A DNA stretch of 64,000 bases, taken from NCBI GenBank assembly GCA_963695095.1, contig CAVOFT010000001.1, forward strand, positions 160,001 through 224,000, written 5' to 3'. Under the pieces are notes generated by a model. It saw only the letters and a program-made list of their open reading frames with translations. It made no database searches and had not been told where the DNA came from. Below are positions 13,952 to 23,329 of the stretch, in pieces (position 1 is the first letter of the stretch; the number at the start of each line of letters is the position of its first letter). A program made the translations under genes and the position numbers. The DNA comes from an uncultured bacterium. GTDB taxonomy: Bacteria > Krumholzibacteriota > Krumholzibacteriia > JACNKJ01.

Positions 13952-15042
13952 TCGCCGAAGCAGACGCCGGTCTCGCGGCCCAGCTTGACGAGGTCGTGGT
14001 CCGGCGGCACGAGGCGTTGCCGATTGGCGATCTTGGCGATGGGCACGCTGGAGATCTGATTCTGATAGAGGCGCACCATCTGCCCGGACTCGCCGCGGGC
14101 GAGCAGGTGCACGGCCTGGGAGCCGAGGCGCGAGGCGAGCACGCGATCGTAGGCCGTGGGCGTGCCGCCGCGCAGGAGGTGGCCGAGCACGGTGACCCGC
14201 GTCTCGAGCTTGGTGCGCTCCTCGATCTGCCGGGCAACCACGTTGCCGATGCCGCCCAGCCGCACGGGGTCCGGGCTTTCGGCGACCATGCGCGCCACCA
14301 CCTTGTCGCTGCCCTCCTGGCGCGCGCCCTCGGCGACGACGATGATGCTGAAACGCCGGCCGCTGCGGTTGCGCTCGAGGATCTGCTCGCAGATCGAGTC
14401 CAGGCGATAGGGGATCTCCGGCAGCAGGATGATGTCGCCGCCCGAGGCGATGCCCGCGTGCAGGGCCAGCCAGCCGGCATTGCGGCCCATCACCTCGACG
14501 ATCATCGCCCGGTGGTGGCTCTGGGCCGTGGTGTGGATGCGGTCGATGGCCTCCACCGCGATCGAGACGGCCGTGTCGAAGCCGAAGGTTTGGTCCGTCT
14601 CCTCGATGTCGTTGTCGATGGTCTTGGGGATGCCCACCACGGGCACGCCGAGCTGGCGCAGGCCGTCGGCGATGGACAGCGTGCCGTCGCCGCCGATGCA
14701 GGCGAGGGCGTCCAGGCCGAGGGAGCGGATCACGTCCAGGGTCTCCTGGCCGCGGTCCACCGTGGTGCGCTTCGCGCCCTCGCCGATGTGCCAGGCGAAG
14801 GGGTTGGCCGTGTTGCTGGTGCCCAGGATGGTGCCGCCCTGCATCAGCAGGCCGGAGACGTCGTCGCTCGTCAGCTTGCGATACTGCCGCGTGACCAGGC
14901 CGGCATAGCCGTCCTGGAAGCCGATCACGTCCCAGCCGTAGTGGCGGGTGGCCGTGCGCACCACGGCGCGGATGACGGCGTTGAGGCCGGGGGCGTCGCC
15001 GCCGCCCGTGAGCAGTCCGATCGCATGGATGCCGTTGCCCAA
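13948..15042 (-). CDS. pfkA: 6-phosphofructokinase (group III, GGDG + PKTIDND signature)
   Basis: LTGGGDAPGLN, GGTILGT, IGGDGT, PKTIDND, EVMGR, LGHLLRGG. Probable TTG start at 15042 after AAAGGTGG. Confidence 0.93.
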   Translation of the reverse strand: MGNGIHAIGLLTGGGDAPGLNAVIRAVVRTATRHYGWDVIGFQDGYAGLVTRQYRKLTSDDVSGLLMQGGTILGTSNTANPFAWHIGEGAKRTTVDRGQETLDVIRSLGLDALACIGGDGTLSIADGLRQLGVPVVGIPKTIDNDIEETDQTFGFDTAVSIAVEAIDRIHTTAQSHHRAMIVEVMGRNAGWLALHAGIASGGDIILLPEIPYRLDSICEQILERNRSGRRFSIIVVAEGARQEGSDKVVARMVAESPDPVRLGGIGNVVARQIEERTKLETRVTVLGHLLRGGTPTAYDRVLASRLGSQAVHLLARGESGQMVRLYQNQISSVPIAKIANRQRLVPPDHDLVKLGRETGVCFGD

Positions 15043-15170
15043 AGCCGCCACCTTTCGCCGGGAGACTTCCTGCTGAGTAGCAGATATCGGCAAGTCCGGC
15101 AATGAGCTTGAGCCGCCACCCCCTTGGCCGGACGCTCCCTCGACGCTACCTTGTGGTCCGGAGGTGGCCG

Positions 15171-16073
15171 ATGCGGACGAGAGCCCGCTGCCGGGTGCTG
15201 GCCGTCGACCTGGACGGCACCCTGATCAGCAACGTCGAGGATCCCGCGCGCCCGGTGAGCGCGGCCAACCTGGAGGCCCTGCGCGAGCTGCGGGCGGCCG
15301 GGGCGCGCATCGTCATCGTCACCGGGCGCAACGAGGGCTCGGCGCGGAGCCTGCTGGCGCGCTGCGGCGACGGCGAGCTGGCGGCCAGCGATCTCATCCT
15401 CCACAACGGCGCCCTGATCGTGGACGGCGCGAGCGGCGCCACCCTGCGCGAGCTCGCCCTGCCCAGGGCGGAAGCCCTCGCCTACCTCGGCGTCTACCGC
15501 GCGCAGGGCTTGACTCCCCTGCTCTTCACGGACCGACGGCGGGGCGGCGCCTGCCTCGTGGAGGGCGAGCCGGGCCCCGAGAACACCCGCCTGGCCCGCT
15601 ACCTCGCCGTCCGCGAGCGGGAGGGCGAGGGCGAGCTGCGCCGGGTCCCCGACCTGAGCGCGGCGCTGGACGAGGACCCGCTGGCCCTGGCCACCATCGA
15701 CAGCCCGGCGCGCGTGGCGCCGGCCCGGACGGCCATGGCCGCCCTCGAGCTGCCCGGCAGCCGGGTCGCCGTGCAGGGGCTGGTGGGCCGGGGCGGCCAC
15801 GGGCCGGCTCAGTTCCTGGAGGTCTTCCACCGCGAGGCAGCCAAGGAGAAGGCCTTTGCGGCCTGGTGCGAACTGCGCAGCCTGCCCCTGGCCGAAACGG
15901 CGGCCATCGGCGACGGTCGCAACGACCTGGAGCTGCTCAAGGCCGTCGGACTGGGCATCGCCATGGGCAACGGCTCGGCGGAGCTGCAGGCAGCCGCCGA
16001 CCACGTGGCCCCGTGGCACGATCAGGATGGCCTGGCCGTGGCCATCCGGGCCCACCTGCTGATCTCGCCTTGA
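15171..16073 (+). CDS. Cof-type HAD IIB hydrolase
   Basis: DLDGTL, VTGR, HNGA, K..A, IGDGRNDLEL, AMGNG. SD GGAGGT. Confidence 0.92.
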   Translation: MRTRARCRVLAVDLDGTLISNVEDPARPVSAANLEALRELRAAGARIVIVTGRNEGSARSLLARCGDGELAASDLILHNGALIVDGASGATLRELALPRAEALAYLGVYRAQGLTPLLFTDRRRGGACLVEGEPGPENTRLARYLAVREREGEGELRRVPDLSAALDEDPLALATIDSPARVAPARTAMAALELPGSRVAVQGLVGRGGHGPAQFLEVFHREAAKEKAFAAWCELRSLPLAETAAIGDGRNDLELLKAVGLGIAMGNGSAELQAAADHVAPWHDQDGLAVAIRAHLLISP

Positions 16074-16117
16074 CTTTCTCATCGCGTTGAGTAAAATTAC
16101 TCAGTACATTGAGTAAA
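16070..16117 (+). promoter_or_regulatory. Sigma70-like promoter overlapped by TGAGTAA operator-like repeats
   Basis: TTGACT 16070-16075, N16, TAAAAT 16092-16097. TGAGTAA-AA-TTACTCA palindrome at 16088-16103, plus a third half-site TGAGTAA at 16110-16116. Confidence 0.65.
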
Positions 16118-16141
16118 TCCATAACCACCTGTAACGGCAAT

Positions 16142-17335
16142 ATGTACAGACGAGAACAGGTCCTCAGGCTGGCCCAGCGCTTCGCTGAACCGCGGCGATT
16201 CATGCAGGCCCTGGTCGGTCCGCGGCAGGTCGGCAAGACCACGGCGGCTCGACAGCTGGCGGCAGAGCTGGAGCTCCCTGTGCAGTTCGCCAGCGCGGAT
16301 GAACCGGTCGCCAAGGACGGGCACTGGATCGAGCAGCAGTGGGAGGCGGGCCGCGCGCGCTGCCGCGCCCAGGCCGGGCCGCGTCCTGCCTTGCTCATCA
16401 TCGATGAGATCCAGAAGCTCCCGGCCTGGTCCGAGACGGTCAAGCGGCTCTGGGACGAGGACGGCGCCGGGGCCCTGCCGCTGCACGTCCTCATTCTCGG
16501 CTCCAGCACGCTACTCGTGCAGCGTGGCCTCAGCGAAAGCCTGGCCGGGCGCTTCGAACTCACGCCGATGACCCACTGGTCCTTCGCGGAGATGAGCGCC
16601 GCCTTCGGCTTCGATCTCGAGCGCTACCTCCTCTACGGCGGCTATCCGGGATCCGCACCGATCAGCGAAGAGCCGCAGCGCTGGGCGAGCTACATCCGCG
16701 ATGCGCTGATCGAGCCCACGCTCGCTCGCGACCTGCTCATGATGACGCGGGTGGACAAGCCGGCCCTGCTTCGCCGCCTGTTCGAACTGGCCTGCGTGCA
16801 TTCAGGGCAGATCCTGGCCTACCAGAAGATGCTCGGCCAGTTGCAGGACGCCGGCAACACGACGACGCTGGCGCACTATCTCGATCTGCTCGCGGCGGCG
16901 GGACTCGTAGCCGGCCTGCAGAAGCACGCGGGCGGCCACTCGCGGCGGCGCGGCTCGAGCCCCAAGTTGATCGCCCTCAACACGGCGCTGATGACAGCGT
17001 CAGCGGGGCTGGCCGCTTTCACGGGGCCCGAGCGGGCCGAAGCCCGTGGCCGCCTGGTGGAAACGGCGATCGGGGCGTGGCTCCTGAACGCGGGCGCGGC
17101 CGAGGGGATCGAGACCCGTTACTGGTCCAGCGGCAACCGGGAAGTCGACTTCGTGCTGAGCCGCGGCGGGGAGGTCGTGGCCATCGAGGTCAAGAGCGGC
17201 CCCCGCGCCGGTCGGCTGTCCGGGCTGGCGGCCTTCGCCGCCGAGCAAGCCGTGAAGCGCAAACTCCTCGTCGGCGCCGATGGCATCCCCATCGAAGACT
17301 TCCTGCAGACGCCTCCCGGGTTCTGGTTCGCCTGA
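16142..17335 (+). CDS. AAA_14-type ATPase with DUF4143 and C-terminal PD-(D/E)XK-like motif
   Basis: GPRQVGKTT, LIIDEIQ, LGSS, ESLAGR, GGYP, GRLVE, EVDFV...AIEVKSG. Confidence 0.88.
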   Translation: MYRREQVLRLAQRFAEPRRFMQALVGPRQVGKTTAARQLAAELELPVQFASADEPVAKDGHWIEQQWEAGRARCRAQAGPRPALLIIDEIQKLPAWSETVKRLWDEDGAGALPLHVLILGSSTLLVQRGLSESLAGRFELTPMTHWSFAEMSAAFGFDLERYLLYGGYPGSAPISEEPQRWASYIRDALIEPTLARDLLMMTRVDKPALLRRLFELACVHSGQILAYQKMLGQLQDAGNTTTLAHYLDLLAAAGLVAGLQKHAGGHSRRRGSSPKLIALNTALMTASAGLAAFTGPERAEARGRLVETAIGAWLLNAGAAEGIETRYWSSGNREVDFVLSRGGEVVAIEVKSGPRAGRLSGLAAFAAEQAVKRKLLVGADGIPIEDFLQTPPGFWFA

Positions 17336-17382
17336 CCAGGGAACCCTTGCCCGCCAGCGCCTCCGCGCGCTAGCTTGAGGAC

Positions 17383-17706
17383 ATGTACCGCACCCTCCTC
17401 GCCATTCTGCTCGCCCTCGCCGCCGGCCTCCTCGCCGGCTGCGGCGACTGCGTCCGCTGCGACAAGGAGCAGGACCGCGTGCTCACCGAGATGGGCACGC
17501 CGGAAGAGACCGAGAGCCGCCGCGACGGCCACCTCATCACGGAGACCTGGTTCTACTGGGAGGAAAACCGCTCGGTGGTCTTCCTCTGGGACGAGCGCGA
17601 CTGCTCCTGCAGCGTCGACCACTACGACTTCGCGGAGGGCGGCGCGGCGGCGCTGCACTTCGAGACGAGGGGCGGCGCTCCCTACCGGCAACTGGCCCCC
17701 GAGTAA
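17383..17706 (+). CDS. Small lipoprotein, unknown function
   Basis: Signal peptide with lipobox LLAGC. MGTPEE...TWFYW core with additional Cys. Confidence 0.75.
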   Translation: MYRTLLAILLALAAGLLAGCGDCVRCDKEQDRVLTEMGTPEETESRRDGHLITETWFYWEENRSVVFLWDERDCSCSVDHYDFAEGGAAALHFETRGGAPYRQLAPE

Positions 17707-17710
17707 ACCC

Positions 17711-18940
17711 ATGCAGCGAAGCCCGCGCGGCATCGCCCTTCCCGCGGCGCTCGCCTTGCTGGCCCTGGCCGGGCCCGCCGGGGCGGCACAGCTGCGCGTT
17801 CCCGAGGACTACCCGAGCGTCGCGGCCGGCCTGGCGGCAGCGGCCTACGGCGACACGGTGAGCCTGGCCCCCGGCAGCTACGGGGAAGCCGGACTCGTCT
17901 GGCCGCGGGGCCGGGCCATCCTTGGCCGCTCCGGCGATCCCGAGGACACGGTCATCGACGCCGGATTCAAGGGACGGGTGCTGGGCGGCAGCGATCTCGA
18001 CGGCGCCAATGAGCTCGGCTACCTCACCTTGCGCAACGGGCAGGGGCCGGGCCCCTACGGCAGCGGGCTCATGGTCGTCGGCGATCCCCATCTCCACGAC
18101 CTGATCATCGAGTACTGCACGGCCAATGGCCCGCTCTACGGCATCGGCCTCTACGCGCGCGGCAGCGCGCGCATCGTCGACTGCCTGCTGCGCCACAATC
18201 GCTCCAGCGCGACCGGCACCGAAGGCGGGGGCGCCTGGCTGATGGGAACGCCGGCGGCCGGCGGCCACACCGTGCAGAATCTCGAGGTGCACGACAACGA
18301 GGCCTTCCACGCCAGCGGCATTCACTTCAACAACCTCTACGGGTTCTTCACGGGACTCTACTGCCACGACAACGTCGGCGACGGCATGGTGGTCTACAAC
18401 GGCAGCATCAACGGCACGGGCCCCACGGTCGAGTACTCGCTCTTCGCCGGCAACACGGGCTCCGGTCTCGCCTACGACGCCGATCTGATCCTCAGCAGCT
18501 GCACCTTCGTGGGCAACGGTAGCAGCGGGGCCGCCCCGGCGGCGATCGACGGCGGCTCCTCCTGGGACTTCACGCTCGAGCCGCACATCACGCAGTGCAT
18601 CGTGGCCTACAACAGGGGTCCCGGCATGCGGGGCCTGCCGCAGACGCCCTACACGATCGATTGCAACGACGTGTTCGGCAACGCCGGGGGCAACTACGCC
18701 GCTCTGCCCGACCTCGACGGCATCGACGGCAACATCTCCCTGGATCCGCAGTTCTGCGGCCAGGGCGATCGCCCCTACGGCCTCGAGGAGGACTCGCCCT
18801 GCGCCGAGGAGAACAACGACTGCGGCCTGCTGCTCGGCGCCTACGCGGTGAACTGCCCCGATGCCGGCTTCACACGCACGAGCTGGGGCGCCCTGAAGGT
18901 GCTCTACTCGGGCGAGCCCAAGGCTGAGCCGGAGCGCTAG
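17711..18940 (+). CDS. Secreted right-handed parallel beta-helix protein with SWG-x-x-K-x-x-Y tail
   Basis: Signal peptide, LRVPEDYPSV...GDTV.LAPG.Y cap, Asn/Gly-rich PbH-like repeats, CNDVFGN...GNISLDPQFC...SPC module, ending TSWGALKVLY. Confidence 0.85.
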   Translation: MQRSPRGIALPAALALLALAGPAGAAQLRVPEDYPSVAAGLAAAAYGDTVSLAPGSYGEAGLVWPRGRAILGRSGDPEDTVIDAGFKGRVLGGSDLDGANELGYLTLRNGQGPGPYGSGLMVVGDPHLHDLIIEYCTANGPLYGIGLYARGSARIVDCLLRHNRSSATGTEGGGAWLMGTPAAGGHTVQNLEVHDNEAFHASGIHFNNLYGFFTGLYCHDNVGDGMVVYNGSINGTGPTVEYSLFAGNTGSGLAYDADLILSSCTFVGNGSSGAAPAAIDGGSSWDFTLEPHITQCIVAYNRGPGMRGLPQTPYTIDCNDVFGNAGGNYAALPDLDGIDGNISLDPQFCGQGDRPYGLEEDSPCAEENNDCGLLLGAYAVNCPDAGFTRTSWGALKVLYSGEPKAEPER

Positions 18941-19965
18941 GGCACGAGGACGATCTTCCCGAACTGCGAGCGCTCGGCCAGGCGCCGGTGGGCCTCGGCC
19001 ACATCGGCCAGCGGCAGCACGCTGTCGATCACCGCCTTGAACGTGCCGTCGGCGACGAGCCGGTAGATGCGCGGCAGCGTGCCGCGACTGCCCATCGTGC
19101 TGCCCACGATCGCCAGGTTCTTGAAGAAGATGGGGCGCAGATCGGCGCTGAACTCCGGGCCGCTGCTCGCGCCGCAGCAGAGGATCCTGCCGCCCGCGGC
19201 CAGGGCGCGCAGGCTGCCGGCGAAGGTGGCCGCGCCCACGTGGTCCACGATGAGGTCGCAGCCGCGCTTCTCCGTGAGCGCGCGCACGGCCTGCGGCCAG
19301 GCGGGGTCGCTGTAGTTGAGCGTCTCCTGGGCGCCCAGCGCGCGCGCCCGGGCGAGCTTCTCGTCGCTGGAGGCGGTGGCGATCACCCGCGCCCCCGCGT
19401 AGCGGGCGATCTGGATGGCCGCGCTGCTCACGCCGCTGCCGGCCGCGTGCACGAGCACCGTGTCGGCCCCCGTCACGCGGCCCTTGACCATCAGCATCTC
19501 CCAGGCCGTGAGAAAGACCAGCGAGACGGCCGCCGCCGCCTCGACGCTGAGACCAGGAGGCAAGGGCAGGACGCTCGCCGCGGCCACGGCGATGAATTCG
19601 CAGTCGGTGCCGTCCGCGCTCTCGCCGTAGATGCCGTAATGGCGGCAGTAGTGGTCGCGGCCCGAGAGGCAGGCCTCGCAGCGCCCGCAGGAGTAGCCGG
19701 GCGCGATGGCCACGCGCTCGCCCACGGCGAGCCCCTCGACGCCGGGGCCCAGCGCCCGGATCACGCCGGCTCCATCGGCGCCCGGCGTGATGGGCAGGGG
19801 GAAGTGGTGCCCGGGCACGCCCCGCCGCACCCAGGTGTCGAGATGGTTGACGCCGGCAGCCTGGATCTCGACGAGCACCTGACCCGGGCCGGCGCTGGGT
19901 TCGGGCCGCTCCTCGAACTTGAGCACCTCCGGGCCCCCGTGCTCGTGGATGCGCAGCGCTCTCAT
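18937..19965 (-). CDS. Zinc-binding MDR family dehydrogenase/quinone oxidoreductase
   Basis: HGGPEVL, VNHLD, structural Zn motif CGRCEAC...C, AAGSGV, FGKIVL. Confidence 0.93.
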   Translation of the reverse strand: MRALRIHEHGGPEVLKFEERPEPSAGPGQVLVEIQAAGVNHLDTWVRRGVPGHHFPLPITPGADGAGVIRALGPGVEGLAVGERVAIAPGYSCGRCEACLSGRDHYCRHYGIYGESADGTDCEFIAVAAASVLPLPPGLSVEAAAAVSLVFLTAWEMLMVKGRVTGADTVLVHAAGSGVSSAAIQIARYAGARVIATASSDEKLARARALGAQETLNYSDPAWPQAVRALTEKRGCDLIVDHVGAATFAGSLRALAAGGRILCCGASSGPEFSADLRPIFFKNLAIVGSTMGSRGTLPRIYRLVADGTFKAVIDSVLPLADVAEAHRRLAERSQFGKIVLVP

Positions 19966-20011
19966 GTCGGTCTCCTTGCTGCCGGATTGAAGGCGCGCGC
20001 CGCGGGCGGGC

Positions 20012-20788
20012 CTACTCGCAGAAACAGGACCAGCTGCCCAGGAGGTCGTCCTCCTCGTCGCGCAGTTCGAGGAGCCAGGCGCCCGTCTGGCCCGGAAAGA
20101 AGGTCTTGTAGGACCAGGTCGCCCAGCGCTCCGCTTTCAGCGTCAGCGCGATCTCCTGCATCTCGCGCCCGCGAAAGATCCAGATGTGCCGCAGCACCTG
20201 CCCCACGCGCGCGCCGTCGACCTCCATCCAGAAGTAGACCCGGTCGTTCACGCCGAAGACCGTCCCCCGCCCCAGCAAGAGGCGGTTCTCCACGCTGTGG
20301 CCGAAGCCGGCGTCGAGCAGGCGCAGGGAACCCTTGCCGGCGGCCGCGGGCGCTGCCGGCGAGGGGGAGCTCCCGGGCGCGGTGGCGACGGGGTCAGCCG
20401 GCTCCGCCGGCGAAGCCGGGGCGCCATCGGCGGGGAAGCGCAGGAGCAGGATCAGGCTGCGGCGCTCGTCGCGGCGCTGGTCGGGCGCGGGCAGAAAGCG
20501 GCTCTGGCGCGCCGCCCGCAGGGCCTCGACCGTGAAGAGCTCCGGCAAACTGCTGCGCAGCAGCTCGGCCGCCGCCACGCGGCCCTCTGCGTCCACCTGC
20601 ACGCGCACCAGGGTAGTGCCGGTCAGGCGCGGTCGCTCGGCGGCCAGGGCCGGCGGGTAGCGCAAGGGCGGAATGTAGGTGCACACGGGGTGGCCCTTGC
20701 CCGGACCGGTGGCGCCGGCCGGCTCGCGCGCGAGGGCGGGAGCGCCGGCCGCGAGCAGACCGAGCAGGAGCAGCGCGCCGCGCCTCAT
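20012..20788 (-). CDS. Secreted TonB C-terminal domain + DUF2914-like protein
   Basis: Signal peptide, YPP...G...VRVQVDAEGRV...ALRAARQSRFLPA (TonB_C), Pro/Ala linker, VYFW...HIW...WATWSYK...GAW (DUF2914-like). Confidence 0.75.
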   Translation of the reverse strand: MRRGALLLLGLLAAGAPALAREPAGATGPGKGHPVCTYIPPLRYPPALAAERPRLTGTTLVRVQVDAEGRVAAAELLRSSLPELFTVEALRAARQSRFLPAPDQRRDERRSLILLLRFPADGAPASPAEPADPVATAPGSSPSPAAPAAAGKGSLRLLDAGFGHSVENRLLLGRGTVFGVNDRVYFWMEVDGARVGQVLRHIWIFRGREMQEIALTLKAERWATWSYKTFFPGQTGAWLLELRDEEDDLLGSWSCFCE

Positions 20789-21987
20789 CGCCGCCCCTCC
20801 GCCGCGCTGGCGGGCCGGCCGCGGCCGGCATCCAGCGAGCCGTAGATGCCCTCGACGGCCTGGGCCATCCGCTCGATGCCGTACTGGCCGAGCGCGCGCT
20901 CACGGGCGGCGAGGGCCATGCGCCGGCCCTCCTCTGGCGCGCCGAGGGCGGCCAGGAGCTGCTGGGCCAGGGCTTCCGGATCGCCCCGCGGCACCGAGCG
21001 GCCGCTCACTCCGGTCTCCAGGAGCTCGGCCAGGCCGCCGGCGTCGCTGGCCAGCACGGGCACACCCGCGGCGAAGGCCTCCAGCACGACGCTGCCCAGA
21101 CCCTCCTCGCGGCTGGGCATGCAGAAGAGGTCGAGCGCCGCGAACAGGCGCGGCAGATCGTAGCGGCGGCCGAGCAGGCGGAAATGCTCGCCCATGCCCA
21201 GTAGCCGTGCCTCATCGTCGAGGCGCTGATGCTCCGGGCCCTCGCCGGCCACCACCACATGGAGCTGAGGCGCCTGGACGCAGGCGATGCTCGCCGCGCA
21301 CAGCAGGATGTCGAAGCCCTTGCTGCGGTCCAGGGCCCCGGCCGCGCCCACGAGGAAGGCGCCCGCCGGTAGCCCGAGCGCGTCGCGCTGGGCCCGGCGC
21401 AGCTCGGGATCGTAGCCGGCGGGCAGCGGAGCGGCCTCGCCGAGCTGGGCGCGCGCCGCGCCCACCAGCGGCGCGGGATCCACGGCACTCGGCACCAGGT
21501 GGATGCGGCTCCTGCCGACCCCCCGCGCCACGAGGCCCGCGGCCACGGCCTCGCTGATGGCGATGTAGCACTGGATGCGCCGGTCGCCGTACTTGAGCCG
21601 ATGCCCCAGGCCACCCTGACGAGCGAAAGCCGTGCGCCGGGTGACGAGCAAGCGGCGGCGGGCCAGGGGCGCCCAGCCCAGGCCCAGGCTCGCGATGGCC
21701 TGGGCCCGCGCCGTGTGGGCATGCCAGAGCTCGAGCCCCTGCCGGGCGGCGACGCGGCTCAGGCGCCAGGCCGCCAGGAGATCGAGATCGCCGCGGGGGG
21801 CGAAGGCGAAGCCTGCAAAACCCTCGGCACGGGCGGACTCGGCCAGGGCCGAGCCCGGCGGCGCGGCCAGCACGTTCGTCCAGCCTCGCTCGCGCAGGGC
21901 GCACATGAGCATCAACACCTGGCGCTGGCCACCTCGGAGCAGGCGACCGGTGTCCAGGTGCAGGACCGCGCGGGGCCCGTCCTGCAT
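20785..21987 (-). CDS. GT4 family glycosyltransferase
   Basis: GGQRQ, HAH, KG..IL, PSREEGLGSVVLEA. Start MQDGP after SD GGGGGA. Confidence 0.93.
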   Translation of the reverse strand: MQDGPRAVLHLDTGRLLRGGQRQVLMLMCALRERGWTNVLAAPPGSALAESARAEGFAGFAFAPRGDLDLLAAWRLSRVAARQGLELWHAHTARAQAIASLGLGWAPLARRRLLVTRRTAFARQGGLGHRLKYGDRRIQCYIAISEAVAAGLVARGVGRSRIHLVPSAVDPAPLVGAARAQLGEAAPLPAGYDPELRRAQRDALGLPAGAFLVGAAGALDRSKGFDILLCAASIACVQAPQLHVVVAGEGPEHQRLDDEARLLGMGEHFRLLGRRYDLPRLFAALDLFCMPSREEGLGSVVLEAFAAGVPVLASDAGGLAELLETGVSGRSVPRGDPEALAQQLLAALGAPEEGRRMALAARERALGQYGIERMAQAVEGIYGSLDAGRGRPASAAEGRR

Positions 21988-22264
21988 GCTTCCCCCTCGC
22001 CTGGATGCAGATGCGGGCAGGCTAGCACGGGATCGGGCGGCCAACAAGCGCAGCCAGGGCTGGAGGCAGCCCCGCTGGCCGGATCCTGTCACGCGAGCGT
22101 GACGAAAGCCGGTATTACGATCTGCGATTGTCCGATGCGTCTGCAGGCAGGGCTCAAGCTGGGAGCCCGGGTGGCCGAAAACGGAAAGAGCATTCCGACT
22201 GCCCTCCTCGGCCACTGTAGCCTGGGGCCCGGGGGCGGCGGTTCAAGGCATCTGGAGAAGCGCC

Positions 22265-22703
22265 ATGCTGCGATGCTTCCCTCCTCTGCTGCGCGCCGGG
22301 GTTTCGGCCATGGCCTGGGCCTTGGCTCTGGCCGCCATCTCGGCAGTGCCTGCGGCGGCAGAGGGGGGGGCCGGCGAGGCCGTTGCGCCGGTCCAGGTCG
22401 AGCTGGCCGGCTGGATCGCCGACCTGGATGCGGCGAGCGCCGCCCGCCGGCGCGCCGGCCTTCCCGCAGGCGGCCGCCTGGTTGGCCGCCCCCGGGGGCG
22501 GGACGGAGCTGGAGCTCGCCCGCGCGCTCTGCCGCCCGCGCTATGCCAGCCTGGCCGGACTGGCCGCGCTGTGGGCGGCCCGCCGGGAGGCCGGGGACAG
22601 CGCGGGGGCGGCGGCCCTGCTCCGCGACCGCATCCTGCCCACCTGCTTCGAGATCGCCGTCTGCCTGCGCGCGGCGGCCGCTGCCGAGGGGGATCGGCGA
22701 TGA
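22265..22703 (+). pseudogene. Small secreted helical protein split by a +1 frameshift (~22430-22460)
   Basis: Signal peptide in the 22265 frame with SD GGAG. Protein-like AFPQAAAWL...LRDRILPTCFEIAVCLR continues in the 22383 frame and ends in an ATGA overlap with the next gene. Confidence 0.55.
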
Positions 22704-23329
22704 AGATTCTCTGCGTCGACGACGACCGCGGCAGCCTGCTCCTCACCTGCCGTGTGCTGGAGCAAGCCTTTCCGGATGACGATCACTTCGCGGCCGGCTC
22801 CGGCGAGGAGGCGGTGCGGCTCCTGGGCAGCAAGGCCATCGACCTGGTGATCACGGACCTCGTGATGCCCGGCCTGTCGGGCATCGACGTGCTCGAGGAG
22901 GCCAAGCGGGAGCGCCGCGAAACGGAGGTGATCATGGTCACCGCGCACTCCTCGGTGGCCTCAGCCGTGCTGGCCATGCAGAAGGGGGCGCGCGACTACC
23001 TGGCCAAGCCCATCCATGGCGAGCTGCTCGTGGAGAAGGTGAGCCACCTGCGCGAGCTGCTGCACTCGCGGCGCGAGCTGGAGGACTATCGCTACGCGAT
23101 GGCCGTGCTCGAAAAGGACGCGACCTATGCGGCCGTCGGCAGCGAGCGCCGCCTCGATCAGCTTCAGCAGCGCGTCACGGCGGCACTGGCCGTGCTCGAG
23201 CAGCGCGAAGCGCCTGCCGATCAGCGACTCGAGCGCGTCCGGGCCCTGCTGGCCGCCGTCGAGATGGCGGCGATCCCGGCCGGCGTCCTCGGCGGGACGG
23301 CGGTGGCGCTCACCGCACTGGAGAAGTGA
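22700..23329 (+). CDS. Response regulator (REC + coiled-coil)
   Basis: MKILCVDDD, ITDLVMP, MVTA, YLAKP. Confidence 0.9.
   Translation: MKILCVDDDRGSLLLTCRVLEQAFPDDDHFAAGSGEEAVRLLGSKAIDLVITDLVMPGLSGIDVLEEAKRERRETEVIMVTAHSSVASAVLAMQKGARDYLAKPIHGELLVEKVSHLRELLHSRRELEDYRYAMAVLEKDATYAAVGSERRLDQLQQRVTAALAVLEQREAPADQRLERVRALLAAVEMAAIPAGVLGGTAVALTALEK

Noticed and set aside
22265..23329. Signal peptide fused to a response regulator
   Set aside because: Chimera created by the frameshift. The regulator has its own start at 22700, coupled by ATGA.
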